A stretch of DNA of 64,000 nucleotides from positions 18,042,001-18,106,000 of the forward strand of contig NC_135767.1 in the NCBI RefSeq assembly GCF_052425735.1, written 5' to 3'. The translations under genes were made by a program, and so were the position numbers. Of the stretch, positions 1 through 12,812 are shown in pieces. This stretch comes from Oculina patagonica. Lineage: Eukaryota. The first letter of the stretch is position 1; every line of letters begins with the position of its first letter. Below the pieces are notes generated by a model, which did no database searches, was not told the DNA's origin, and saw nothing but the letters and a program-made list of their open reading frames with translations.

Positions 1-549
1 AAACCAAAAACCAATTTCATCCGAGTAGAATTTTGTGAGTGATGGCTGTCGGCGTATATGTACATAGATGCACAGAACTTTGTCCGCTATCTTGCCGGGA
101 TAACTGAAACAAAACTAAAATCGCTGATAGCGAATAAAAATCTCTGTACCGTGCAACTCTATTTATTACTGATTTAACGCAGACCCTGATTGGCCCCTAT
201 GAACACGGGTCAGATTATATACGTATGCAATTTGTCACGCATAGACGATGTTGAATGTTGAATGTCATAAAATTATTGGTAAACAGAACAATAACCCCCC
301 AAATTACATCCCACATCTGTGTTGCGGTAAAACGGTCCTGGGGTATATTTTCGTCCGTGTTATTACTGGAAAGTAAAGCTACCGAAAAATTCATTTAAAT
401 CTCTCCCTTCTCTATTAATTAAGCCCTTCAATTTAGTTTTCTTATAACATTTTCTCTCCCCCATCTATTAACCCTTCTTCCTCCCTGGATGGTAAATTAT
501 GACAATATCGTGAACAAGAAATCAAATACTTGACGTTAGATTCTCAAAC

Positions 550-581
<32 letters not shown>

Positions 582-2376
582 CTTCATAACCGTGAAGGAG
601 GCTTGGATACCCGGTCTTAATTAGCATAGATTTTTTATGATTTCATTTCTCCGTAGTTTTTTTTTTTCCATTAGAGTGAATTCGTGTAACCCGTTTTTTA
701 TATGCAAATGCGCCGTGTAATATTTTAATGAGCTGTACAGGAAAACAGAAAATTGCGGACAAATCGTAATTATTTGCATGTGGAAGTCAGGTTAAAATTC
801 AAGCATTTACCAATATGTAAAAACCAAAACAGATAACGGGGCTTAAAATTTATCATGCCTTGAATTGTCTTGCGATTTTAGACAAACATTTTATATTAAA
901 CATCCCGTAAAGAAAAACAAATTAAACTTGACTGTAACACAATTCTGCGCGAGCAATCCAATGGGGAGCTTTAGCAAATCACGATGACAAACAACTTTTG
1001 TTTAGCAAACAAATGGTTTAATGAGCAGGAAAATAGCTGTGCACGTGTTCTATTACTCTTGGCAAATTTCTTTCCCATCTTCTGAAAAACAACAATGTGA
1101 AATGACTAAATCCTGCGTGATTTGAACCAGACCGCTAATTTTCGATTTAGGTTGAACATGTTCTTGAAGTGCTTAAAGAAAGACACGTCCTGTTTATACT
1201 TATTTTCTGTATAACTATTAAAGTGATTTCTTTGAGGTTTGCTGACCACTCGTGTATTGTTTTATTGTACACAAACATTAGAATATTATACGACTCATTA
1301 ACATATAAAAAAACGAGTTACACGATTTCACTCTATTGAAAAGATATATCAAACACTCGAGCCAGTGTTTCATCCCAACACCTCGAATCGAATTTCGTCA
1401 AAAATACTCCGCTCCGCGTCGTATATATTTTTAACTCTCTTCTCGGAGTTTGGATATCCCGATAAAACTCTCGATCGATACATTTTTCGCATGAACTTTG
1501 AATTTCTTAGGCTCGTGTATGTTACCTAAAAAATATACATTGCATGGACTCAAATTTCTAGCCATCCCTTATAAATTAGTTTTGTAGCTTGTTTAGGGAC
1601 TGAAGCACTTATGCTAATTAGTTAATTATTGTGAGCAATGATTCGCCTTTATGCCCTCTTGCAGAGGATAAATTTAATTTCAGTGAAAGCCCTATAAAGC
1701 CTAAGGGGTACAGTACGATCGGACTTATTTCTTTTTAAACGTCTCTTTTTTAGGGGAGAGGGGCTAAATTGAAAGGTTTTTTTTTTTTTTCAAAATATAA
1801 ATCACTAAGAGCAAAGGATATCACATTGACATGACATTTACATATCTCCAAAAAAAAAATAGTGAAAGCCAATATCGCCTTCAATATTTCATACAAAGAG
1901 CTAAACATTTCGGAGGCAAAATGTAAACATTGATGCCAGGAGAGATTCGCCTATTGACTCTTTTCGGTTTCGTACAATTTGGACACTTCAAAGTTATCCT
2001 TTTTCTTAGAAAATGCATGTTTGAAACCTCGTTGCTTCTTATCTTAGAACGGTCCGGCGGAAGGTTCGTCCCAAGAAAACATAGACACTTAACGCACCCG
2101 GTCACTGAGGCATGTTTTCCGTTCCATTTTATACGTCAACAGAAAAAAAAAACAAAAGTTGAATGATAAAACATTTTTTCCAAAAATTGTGGACAACGAA
2201 TTTAATCGAAATAAGCTTTTTTATTTTATTTTCTTTAACATGATTATGAAAACAACCTTCCGGTCTTTAACTTCCATTTTGTGCGGAAATTAAAACGTGA
2301 TGACTGGAAAACTTAAAGAAAATGATAAATTAAAATATTGACTGCAATTTTCTCATTCAAATGAAAATTACTGGAC

Positions 2377-2769
2377 GAAAACTTGTTTACGATATTTAAC
2401 AATTAGTGCCTATTTTGCGCAGATCAAACCAGATAAAAAATCATAGGGGGGGGAACAATTACTGATGTCCCAGTAGTTTATATTGTTATCCAGATAAATA
2501 AATAGAATAGGATGTGATAATTATATTGGGTAGAAAGAAATGTTGTCCATTTCACTGAATTACGAGTGAAAACGTGTTTACGATCTTTAACAATTAATGC
2601 CTACCGGTAATTTTTTGCGCAAACCAAACCAGATAAAAACAATCATAGGGGGGAAAACAATTACTGATGTCCCAATAGTTTATATTGTGACCCAGAAAAA
2701 TAATAAAATAGGATATGATAATTATATTGGGTTGAAAGAAATGTTGTCCATTTCACTGAATTACAAGTG
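2377..2769. repeat. Two-copy ~195 bp tandem duplication upstream of GPCR G1
   Basis: GAAAAC.TGTTTACGAT...GAAAGAAATGTTGTCCATTTCACTGAATTAC.AGTG occurs at ~2377-2568 and again at ~2568-2769 with scattered substitutions. Confidence 0.9.
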
Positions 2770-2962
2770 TTTTCTTATCACCAGATGGGTAAACAAATAC
2801 CTTATAAATATTAAACATACATTTTAAGTCCTTTCTCTATCGAAAAAAAAAACGAGCTGCGGCAACGATCTGCGAAGCCAACGAACCAATTATTTGCCTT
2901 ACTTAGCAAGAATATCTTTGATTCTATCGAACTTCTTCTAAATCAGTTAAGTATTCTCAAAT

Positions 2963-3994
2963 ATGATGGAAAACTTGACGACAAACTTCACCAACTCAGA
3001 TGGACCAAGCTATAAAACAATACAACGAATAGCTTGTACACCTTCCATACACGGAGAATATTATTTCTATTCGTTAACAGCTGTCAATATTCTTCTCGCC
3101 ATCACCGCTTCACTGGGAAACGCTCTTATCCTTGTTGCTCTTCAAAAGGAGTCTTCTCTTCATCCGCCGTCTAAACTAATGTACCAATGTCTAGCAGTCA
3201 CAGATCTTTGCGTTGGTGTTTTCGCACAACCTCTCTTTGTCATTCAGCTGATGTCTGCAGCACATCGACGAATTCAACTTTGCTTTACCGTTCTAAGCAT
3301 CAACGATGTGACAGGTGCAATTTTCAGTGGAGTGTCCTTGCTCACAATCACTGCAATAAGTGTGGACAGACTTGTCGCTCTCTCTTTGGCACTGAGATAC
3401 AGACAAGTCGGCCAAGTTATAACTTTGAGGCGAACACGCATTGTGGTGGTTTTCATTTGGGTTTTTAACATTTCCACCAACAGTTTAAGAAGCTTTTGGA
3501 GCTACTTTTTAATCTCAAGAGTAATTTCTGTTGTCATTTATTCTTCTCTAGCAATCTCAGCACTCTCTTACTTGAAGATCTATGTGTCACTTCGTCAACA
3601 TAACAATGCAATGCAAGACATTGTTCGGCAAGGACGTTCGAACAGAGAGGGAAATTCACCGTACATTGGACGGTACAAAAAGACAGTGTCCACAGCATTA
3701 TGTGTTCAGTTAACAATGATAGCTTGTTATGTTCCTTATGCAATAGTTGTCGCTATGGCACGCCACTCTACCGCGCTTAACCTTGCTGTTCGACTGGCAA
3801 TAACATTTGTATTTTTAAACTCATCTCTGAACCCAATTCTTTACTGTTGGAAAATTGACGGAGTCAGACAAGCAGTGAAGGACATAATTAAACAGTTGTG
3901 TAAGTCCTCGAGTTCGGATCTGCAATCATTTCCTAAAGTTGACGTTAACAGAAATGCTGGAGAAATAAACCTTTTACACTTTAACTCACTTTAG
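2963..3994 (+). CDS. G1: intronless rhodopsin-class (class A) orphan GPCR, 343 aa, melanocortin/adenosine-receptor-like cnidarian expansion type
   Basis: Seven hydrophobic segments with GN (TM1), LAVTD (TM2), SVDRL (TM3), CYVPY (TM6), NSSLNPILY (TM7); uninterrupted ORF. Confidence 0.95.
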   Translation: MMENLTTNFTNSDGPSYKTIQRIACTPSIHGEYYFYSLTAVNILLAITASLGNALILVALQKESSLHPPSKLMYQCLAVTDLCVGVFAQPLFVIQLMSAAHRRIQLCFTVLSINDVTGAIFSGVSLLTITAISVDRLVALSLALRYRQVGQVITLRRTRIVVVFIWVFNISTNSLRSFWSYFLISRVISVVIYSSLAISALSYLKIYVSLRQHNNAMQDIVRQGRSNREGNSPYIGRYKKTVSTALCVQLTMIACYVPYAIVVAMARHSTALNLAVRLAITFVFLNSSLNPILYCWKIDGVRQAVKDIIKQLCKSSSSDLQSFPKVDVNRNAGEINLLHFNSL

Positions 3995-4239
3995 AAGCCA
4001 TAGTAACTGAGATATGTAACGTTTGTGAGAACTGATTTTGTGCAAGAGCTATAAGAGTAACAGTAGTTTTCTTTTTTCATGAAACATTTCGGGATTCACA
4101 TTAGACCTCATTTTATCAGTTTTGCATCGAAATACAGTAATATATATTCTGTTATCGTAAATCTAGGTGTAGGTTTTGTTTCAATGAAGCGGCTTTTAGG
4201 GCAGCAATACAATGTGCACAGCATGATAAACAGCACTAC

Positions 4240-4340
4240 ATGAAAGTACTGCTCAATAACCTTCATTTGAATGGTCACACACTAGGTTTAATCAACGTAA
4301 CCACCTTGTACAGTAAAATAAACAATATCATATGAAAGTA
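4240..4340 (-). repeat. Fragment of a dispersed satellite-like repeat (GTGTGACCATTCAAATGAAGGTTATTGAGCAGTACTTT)
   Basis: Reverse complement matches the degenerate repeat units at 38340-38860. Confidence 0.6.
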
Positions 4341-4873
4341 TGAGAAATCAATTCGTTAATAATTTTCAATATCAATAATAGGTTTTTAATAGTTTGTTAA
4401 CAGAAATCCAGGGAAGATAAATTTAATAAAATTAATGCTTTGGGAGCTAATATAATTATAGCTGCTGGACTAAAGCTAGTTGGATATATATTTTTTATTT
4501 TGCATCTGCTCTAACAGGACCAATGAACTATTTCAGAGTTTCCAATATTTGCTTAGTTGTACAAAATTTTAACTGAGTTGTCCAGATACTATTATAAATA
4601 ATTTTTACCTTTTAGTAATAATAATGATAATGGTGATGATAACTATGAGCTTTGTTATGATGGCACAATTAAAAAAATGTGCTTACAACTTCGTAGATTG
4701 TATACTTATTATTATAGCTCGACAAAATAAGAGATTTTATTTTAAAGGTCATTGACTTTTTAATACAGCTCAGAAATTATTTTATTTGTATTCACTGGTA
4801 AAATATACGGTACCACACAATGAAGCCCCACCTTGTACAACACAATTATAATACTACGTGAAAGTATTAACCT

Positions 4874-5010
4874 CTTATTAACCGAGCGCGACGGCCGTAC
4901 TGGGGAATATTGGCCCGAGGTTGTGGCAGTACGGACAAAAACGACCGAGGGCCAATATTCCCCAGTATGGCTCGAGCAAGCTAGGTTAGTAAGTAGTTTA
5001 TTATATGGCA
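4874..5010. mobile_element. Palindromic hairpin end of an unclassified interspersed element
   Basis: CCGTACTGGGGAATATTGGCCC...GGGCCAATATTCCCCAGTATGG internal inverted repeat; GC-rich island in AT-rich context. Confidence 0.6.
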
Positions 5011-5796
5011 CTCGAGCCATGATTGTTTATTTTTCTGTCAAAAAGCACTTCCGGTCACTTGGATTCAAAGGGCTTCCTCCGTAAAGTGCAGTATGATGAC
5101 GCGAGCAACTCAGAAAGAACAAGCTTCCACGAATTTGAAAACAAATTTATTGATCGTGACGAAGAAGACGAATATTCACCAAGCAGATTTTATTATTCTA
5201 AAGATCGGGAAAGTTCTGATGTAGAAACTGAAACAGGCATTACTGAAAGCCAGAAGGCCGCTCGGCTAACCAAACTGAGGTTTCTTGGCCATCATTCTGC
5301 GTTGAAGTTGAACGTCTCAGCTCCCCAGCGTAACTTTCGGCTTTCGTCTCTGGCTCGTAACCGAAGTGTAAGGGTAAATTTAAAAAAAACCAAGACAGTT
5401 GTATGAAGTGCCCACTGGATTGGAGTCGCTTAATTCTCTCGCTTCAAAAAGAGCATCTTTCCTTCGCCGTACTTCGCCATTCACAAACTTGAAATTAAGG
5501 GACAACTATTTAATTTTTGAGGGGAGGCTGCACCATCCATGTTTTCCAGGTGGGGCTTGCTTGAATTTTTTACCCGTGCTCTTTTGCACGATTTTTTTCT
5601 CGCACTTTTCTTATGCAAGAGGTTTTTCTTAATTGCCACGCCCCACCGCCCCACTCCCGTCGAAATTTAAATGGTCCGTTCCTAAAAACACATGAATTGG
5701 TTTGACTCGGGTAGTGAAAGGGTTAACATGCAATCTAAGACTGCGATGTGTTGATCATGCGGCAGAACCCTCTAAGCTCATGCGCAAGGGTACTTT

Positions 5797-8711
5797 TTAA
5801 AAGCATGGGGATACCACTAATCGTAGTGCACTTCTGAGCTCTTCATTACGTATTAAATAAAGAAAAGGATTTATAGATGAATTGAGATAAGTCATCGTAA
5901 ATGCCCAGGGATAGAGAACATCATAGATTTTGGGAAACGACGATTGTAAAATCAACTTTATCACCAGCATTGGCCCAAGGCAAGCCACCAGGACCACAAC
6001 AACAATGGCCATGTCTACAGCTACCTTCTTTTCCCGCCTAAATATGACTGAGAGCTGCTGCGCGTCAACTTGGCCGACTATTTGGTTGTTATGGCGACGG
6101 ATTGCGAGGAACATCCTGATGTGATTGATCACCGGAAGTAAGATGAACAGCATAGCGGAGGTCAACTGTAGAATGTACCCGAGGTTTCCAGGAAGGATGA
6201 AGTGTATTAAAATCGTCAGCAAAAGCCAAGCTGTTCCAGTGATAATTGTGGCCTTGGCAGCATCTGTTGAGGAAAATTTAAGCGTTATCTTCGGCTAACT
6301 TATCATTCTCCTTGTTAAAAGAAAGAAAAAGAACGTATAATGTGATTTCCGTTTTAGAACACTTTTCAACAAAGAAGTCACCCAATATAAAAAGTAAAAT
6401 GTGATAGGATGACAAAGCCGGGTTTACACAGGCAATTTTTATGTGACAAATATATTTGATCGTGTAGATGACACAACAATTATTTGTCTGCAGTCCAAAG
6501 TTTAGTGCGCCATTAATGACATTGGACAGCAGAGATACACACAGAGATACGCGCGCACAGTACCATTGGAAGATTGTGGATCACACATGCTGTCGCAAAA
6601 TTTGCCACATTTTATGTAACGAGTCGTCTTCACGAGCAATTTTCCTATGTGGCAACTTTTATTTGTCACATAAAAGCTAACACGCCAGCTTGTCAACAAA
6701 TATAATTTTCACATACAAATTGACAAATTTCTCTCATCTTTACGAGAAAATAAATGTTGTCACATAAATATTGTTTGTGTAAACTCGCCTTAACTCCAGA
6801 TGCATATAGGCGTCACAAATTGAGTTCTAGAGGGGTGGCAAGTAAATATACCTTTAGCTCCAGTCATAAAATATATGAGATCAGTGTCGCGACAAAAAGC
6901 TTTGTAGTTACCAGAGTATAAAGAACAGAAATAACAACAGATCAGGCTAACGTACGCGCAATCACGTGGATCGTTTACAATCAACCGTGTCCGCAACATT
7001 GTGTCCTCTTTTGCCATCACCTTTAAAGGGACAGTGTCACCGTGATATTTAGTACTACTTGAAAATGCTATTTTGTTATTAATTCCAAAATAGATTAAAA
7101 TTTATAACGTTTCACATTCACCTATTTCGCCCGCGGATTCTTTTTCCCCCGTCCACTAGCCCCAGAGTTTCCTAGATGAATATAATTTTCAACCGTCACA
7201 TTTCGTAACTAATTTGAACGATTTCGGTCAAAGTTCGGTTTGAAAATAGGGTCAGTTTCATGAGCAAATTAGGATTTATAAAAAAGGAAAGCAGGTTTCA
7301 AATCTTTCACCCTTTCAAAATCGACACGTGTTTATTGCGTCCCCACTTTCGCCTTATGCATAAGCCTCGTACGATCTGGAATTAGCTAACTGTTATGCAC
7401 GTTCATCGGGTAAGTACGTAAGTTATGCGAGCATGTTTGTCTTAATACGATAACAAAAAATTGAAAAGCATTTTTTTTCTGTCTAGCATGTTTTTTTTTT
7501 AGATAGCTTCGACCCGTTCGTGCCATAAGAAGTTAAACGGATGTAAAAGTTACAAACGAAGGCTGGTTTGGGAAGCGTGTCTTATCGCACGCGTGCGTGC
7601 CATATCGCACGCGTGTCCTTTCGCACGCGTGTCATATCGCTCGTTAAGCGTGCCAAATAGCACACTTCTCTTAAATAAAAGCTTTAGCGTGCGAAACAAT
7701 ATCAACCGTGCCATTCTTTGTTTTACTTATTAAATATGCGCATATCCGTGCGATGTGTGACACGCTTAGCGTGCCGTGCCATGACACGCGTGCCCGTGCG
7801 TTCACCTTTTTCACTGTTTTCCCGTGGAGGGTCACAAATAATCTACTCATAGTGGCCTGGCATTGCTAAAATGTACTGTACTAGTCATGAAAAGTGTCCA
7901 AAGGTGGTTTGACTACGAACGAATAGGACAGTAGTGGCCTAAAACTTTAAAAATTAAATTTGACAATGTTACTTGCAAGAAAACTACTTTTAAACCCTTG
8001 ATTATATTTATTCACACCTTGTAAAATGAATTTGTTCAAAGGTTATTTTGTTGATCACTGAGTGCACCCTAAAAATTCTGTCATAGGTAACACAAAAAGT
8101 TATAAGAATTCTCGTGATACCGCCCCTTTGAGCTCCCAAATTATCTTTTAACAGTCGCGATCGGCGCCTTTTTGCTAACAAGGTATCTACCTACGCATGC
8201 TCCATTTCTGTCAAAATGGCTACCATAATCGGTCTATTTGTAACCTAGCAACCAACATACCTTTTTTACTGACTTGTGCACGATACGCCATGGGATTGGC
8301 CAGTGCACGCGCTCGATCGAAGCTAATAAGCGTCAAGATAGCAAAGGACCCTCCTGTGGTGAAGGTGTTAAACACATATCGCGATTCGAACAGCTCAATT
8401 TGGAAGTCACATGACTGGCGGGCGCGATGCAGCATAAGACGCCATATGAAAAATAGCGGTTGTGACGTCATGGCTGTCAAGCAGTCAGCCGCAGCCAGGC
8501 TACAGAGGAAAACATGGCTGGGTCTTTGAAGGGTCGGAGTTTTGACTATTGTGACGATGATGGCGAGGTTGCTAAGGAACGCGAAAATACTCAGAGGTAC
8601 GTTTGCAGCAACGGCAAGAGCATCGTTCATGTAGGATGCGCTGTTGTTGGCAGGAAACGCCACCCAGACTGGCAGTCCGCATACGGTGGTGGCGTTGGGC
8701 TGGTTGGTCAT
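5797..8711 (-). CDS. G2: two-exon class A orphan GPCR, ~305 aa; join(8261..8711, 5797..6263)
   Basis: Exon 1 MTNQPNATT...SNLAII...LAAAD...SFDRARA...QVSKK ends AAG|GTATG. Exon 2 follows TTTCCTCAACAG| and continues DAAKATII...CLGP...NSSINPFLY*. The phase-1 junction keeps frame (451+467=918 nt); intron 6264..8260. Confidence 0.9.
6416..6790. mobile_element. MITE, PIF/Harbinger-like, in the G2 intron
   Basis: Imperfect TIRs AGCCGGGTTTACAC... / ...GTGTAAACTCGCCT, flanked by CAA/TAA. Confidence 0.65.
7027..8127. mobile_element. Degenerate TTAA-targeting non-autonomous element (Kolobok-like) in the G2 intron, with an internal GCACGCGTG-rich repeat at ~7580-7800
   Basis: TTAA-AGGGACAGTGTCAC ... GTGATACCGCCCCT-TTGA imperfect TIRs. 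Confidence 0.45.
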
Positions 8712-8728
8712 TCTAATAAAATTAATAT

Positions 8729-8808
8729 TAATGATAATCATCATCATCATAACCATCATTATTATCATCATCATCATCATCATCATCATTATCATTGTCA
8801 ACATCATA
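8729..8808. repeat. Imperfect (CAT)n / (ATG)n trinucleotide microsatellite just upstream of the G2 start
   Basis: ATCATCATC runs seen directly; these produce the poly-Met, poly-His and poly-Ile ORFs in the track. Confidence 0.95.
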
Positions 8809-11800
8809 GTTTTTCTGAAACTTTTACTTTTCATCGTGAAAACACTCAATTAAAATTTTTTTGGTCTAGAGGGGACTTCTTTTATTAAAGGCGACGTTTC
8901 TAATAGTTTTGCTATTCTTTAGTTCTTGTAACCAAAAAAGTCTATAATTGAATAATAAAATATGCGATATAAAAGATGGTACAAAACTTCCAGCCCTGCA
9001 CGAGAATGAAATTGCCAAAAAAATGTTAAGATGTTTTAGTACTTGTGTATGCTCAAACTTGAAACTTTGGCTATGTTATCCATTCTTTCGTATCTATGAA
9101 TGTGTTAAGAATTTTCTTAAGAGTACAAAGTACGGTTCGATGTTAATAATAATGAACCAACAGTAGACATTCAAGGAACAAAACTGGTCCAAAAAGTAAT
9201 TGCTGTAAAATACGACGCACAACTTAAAGTGGGAAGAACCACAAAATCCAGTTAGAGATTCACGGATTCGTGAATTTTTAAAACGGGTGTTACCTTCCTT
9301 TACCAAAATTTTCGTAAATGGATTGTGAATCCAAAAAATTTACGCTTCAGCTTAATTTAATCGATTGAATCTAAATCCGGATCTTAAAGATTCAGATCAT
9401 GGTGTTTCTTTAGGAAAGGATTCGAAAGAGTGCTTTTGCCAGCGGTCTACGCTGTGAAAATCCGCTAGTTGTTAAGGGACGTATTTTTTAACAATTAATT
9501 AAGGGTAATAAAAGGTCGTTGTAGCTTATAGCTTCAGTGTAATCTATATTATTATTTTCCGTTATCGCGGTCGTTCATCACTGAATACAATGATATAGAA
9601 ACAAGGGCGAAGAAATTGTGATCGCAGTTTTGATATTTTTATTGTTCAGGGATGTTTAATTTTGTTTTCTCTCCTTGCCCGTGTGTCGCTAAATATTTTT
9701 GCGTATACAGTGTAATTTAGATTCACGAAACTAATTTCCCTATGTTTTAAATATAGTATGAATTGGATCAGACTAATAAACATTTACAGGCTAGAATGAT
9801 AAAAAATGGTCTAAATAAATTTACGTCTAATACCAAGTGGCCGTGTTAAGATCAATAACTTAATAATGGTATTAAAAAAATCAATAAAAGGGAAGATACC
9901 GCAATGTGACTAAAATGCTATGAGATCAATGCTTCTATGAATTCCAATAATTGTATAAATTTTCTTATAGCATCTGATTTTAATTTGATTCGTATTTTTT
10001 AACTCTTTTTAGAAGTTGTCTGATCGTTTCTCGATACCGGATCACTCAATGTAAAAATCTAAATCTTAACAGATCGTCACAAAGCTATTAACTAGGAATG
10101 AAAAATTTCTTTTTTCCGGGCTGTCCACATGCAATTGACTCTAGTAAATTAAAATTCACCTTTCATTCTCAACAGAGAAAAACAGCCTTTTTCCAGTTAT
10201 AGAAAATATAGGAATTTTTTAAATTGTCAATGAAAGCGAAAAAAAATCAGAAAAAAATGCTTCTCACCTCTGAATGTTAGTTGCTGCACCTTATTACGAG
10301 AGGAATCACTGTCTGTTTGTCAAACTGCAGAGCCACATTAAGTATAAGAATCACCCTGTTAGAAAGCACGCACTGCAAGCCGAACTTCTATAGCTCGATG
10401 GAAACACCGAACTAGCACGTGCTGTTGACGTAATTGATGACTAAAGCAAGGAGAATTTACATTTTGCTAATCTATATAAACGAATGGTCTTTTTCTCGCA
10501 GTATTTTGTAAAATAATTAGATTGCATTTTCCTTGTTTCTATCGAGTTAAAGAAACACTCGTGAAAGTTTGGGAGAGCTCGAAAAAGCTGTGGAAACACT
10601 CGCCTATACGGTTTGTTTTCCCAAATTTCTCATTCTCACAAACTTTCACTATATTTTCTATAACTCAAAAGAAACACGGAAATTGTTTTTCGGTTGTTTC
10701 TTAACAATTAACATGCCGTAATTAGAATTTGATTTCGTGAAACTTGCAACCGCCAAAGAGAAAGCCCTTAAAATCATTTCGGTGTTTGCGGCACTCTACG
10801 GAGTGCAAAAATAAGAAACAATGTTTTAAAAAATATATCGTAACTATCTTTAATGACAAAAGGGGGCCGGATTAATATTTAAATCGGCTTACTTACCGAA
10901 AGTCAAATTAATTTATCGACTAGTTTAATTAACTCTTTAGTTCATGAGTAGATAAGTTGATCAGCTGTGACCTTCCCATCTTCAATAGATCACGTACGTC
11001 GTAAAGGGATTGACTGTATTCAGAGTTTAACATTTAGCATCTAAACAATGAAACACAAGCAAATTATACTAATATAGTCATGTCCCCTACGACACAGTTT
11101 CTTCATTTAATTTTCAGCGAGGAAAAAGAAGCCAGGTGCTATTTTGACAGAAGCAACACATTATCGACGTAACGGGATTTCTTACTGATTATTCGCTCAC
11201 TTTACCCTCTCTATACAGTATGTACAGTAAGGGGAGAAAACAATTTTTATTGTATAAAATTGCTGCCGCAAATATAAACAACTGTTTGGCTCGGCAGACA
11301 AAATTAATCCCAAGTTGTTCCCATAACTAAGTAATAAATTTTAATTGTATCCCTCGGAGCTTTTGCGGCAAGGTAGCGGTTACCTTTTTTGGTTTTGCTA
11401 CACGTCATTAACTCATTATACGGTCTTTTTTATTACTAGCGGCTGCGTTAAGAATAAACTAAGCGTAAAACCGATAAATGTTTGTCATGGCATATGGTCA
11501 AGTTCACGCGCACAAATTGGATAGGTTTTGGTTTTTTTTTTTTTTTTTTTTGGACAATTTGAGTGTCCGACAACCGACGAAAACCGATTTTGTTGTTTTT
11601 CTTCGGTGCAAACAAACTACATCGTGTTGCCATTCCACCTAACAGTTAGTTATAGAAGTTAGTGAGAAATGGATGTTTTAAACTTCTCCCTTGAAAACCA
11701 TATTTTGCTGGAATAATTCCCGTCCGTCTCCAATAATATTTCAACTACAATTAATTCCGAAGAAAACACGACGTCTCGTACTTATTCATTGATAAAACAT

Positions 11801-12319
11801 TTATGGAACTTTCTACCAAATTATAAAAAATCATTTTCTCGCTCGTCTTTTAAAGCTTTTCTAGCTTTAATCAATGATCTTTTAAACTGTTAGTCTAAAT
11901 GATGATTGTATTTTTTATTTACAAGCCAGTAAAAGTTTACTGGCTTGCAAATAAAAAATAAAATCATCATTTAGACACCAAACATCATTAAAATGATGTT
12001 TGGTGTTGATTATATTATCGACCTTCGTATATAGTTACAATTAATTTTGGTTTCTTAGTGCGCCATAATAACACCGGAATAATTATCAACATTGCCTTAT
12101 TATCATTATGGTGATTATCATAATAACACCAAAAAGCAGTTGTAATTAAAACTTTTAGACAATTTATTATTTTGACAGCTCAATTTCAATAATTTACGCA
12201 AAGCAAATATAAGAGAATTCTAATTGATATCACTTTTTATCGACGCCTTAAGAAATGATGTACTCATATCATCCTTCTGAAAGCTTAATTAATTTTATTT
12301 TGAGTGCAGATGCAATTAG

Positions 12320-12812
12320 CTTTAAGATTACAGAAGGTTTCGCTATTCAGTCCAACCTAAACTTCACCTATAAGCTTACACTCAAAACTGAAATCTTCCA
12401 TACAATATTGTTACCCTTCGGATCCAACGGCTATTCCTTACGTTTCCTTGTAATGACTCTCCTAAAGTTCTAACTAAGCAAATTGCACAACTTACACACA
12501 AAACTGAAATCTTCCATACAATATTGTTACTCTTCGGATCCAACGGCCCTTTTTTCCCTAATAATTCTCCTAAAGCTCTAACTAAGGAAATTGCTCAACT
12601 GTTTCAATATGTCCTCCACTTTAAGATTACAGAAGATTTCGCTTTTCAATCAAACTTAAACGAATCAAACGCTAAACTGAAAACAAAAAAAATTGAAACA
12701 AAAACTTTTATATAAGCTTACACACAAAACTGAAATCTTCCGTACAGGACTGTTACATTCGGATCCAACAGCTCTATTCCTCCTAATTATTTCCCTAAAG
12801 CTCTAACTAAGG
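12320..12812 (-). repeat. Tandemly repeated 3' end (stop region plus 3'UTR) of GPCR GA1, three copies
   Basis: ACAC.CAAAACTGAAATCTTCC.TACA..A.TGTTAC...TTCGGATCCAAC at ~12378, ~12494 and ~12720, each followed by CCTAAAG.TCTAACTAAG (the stop region). Confidence 0.85.

Noticed and set aside
5023-5406. 127-aa acidic ORF
   Set aside because: Non-ATG start, continuous with a hairpin repeat element, and no recognisable domain or splice context.
8514-8888. Poly-His and poly-Ile ORFs on the + strand
   Set aside because: Alternative frames of the (CAT)n microsatellite, antisense to G2 exon 1.
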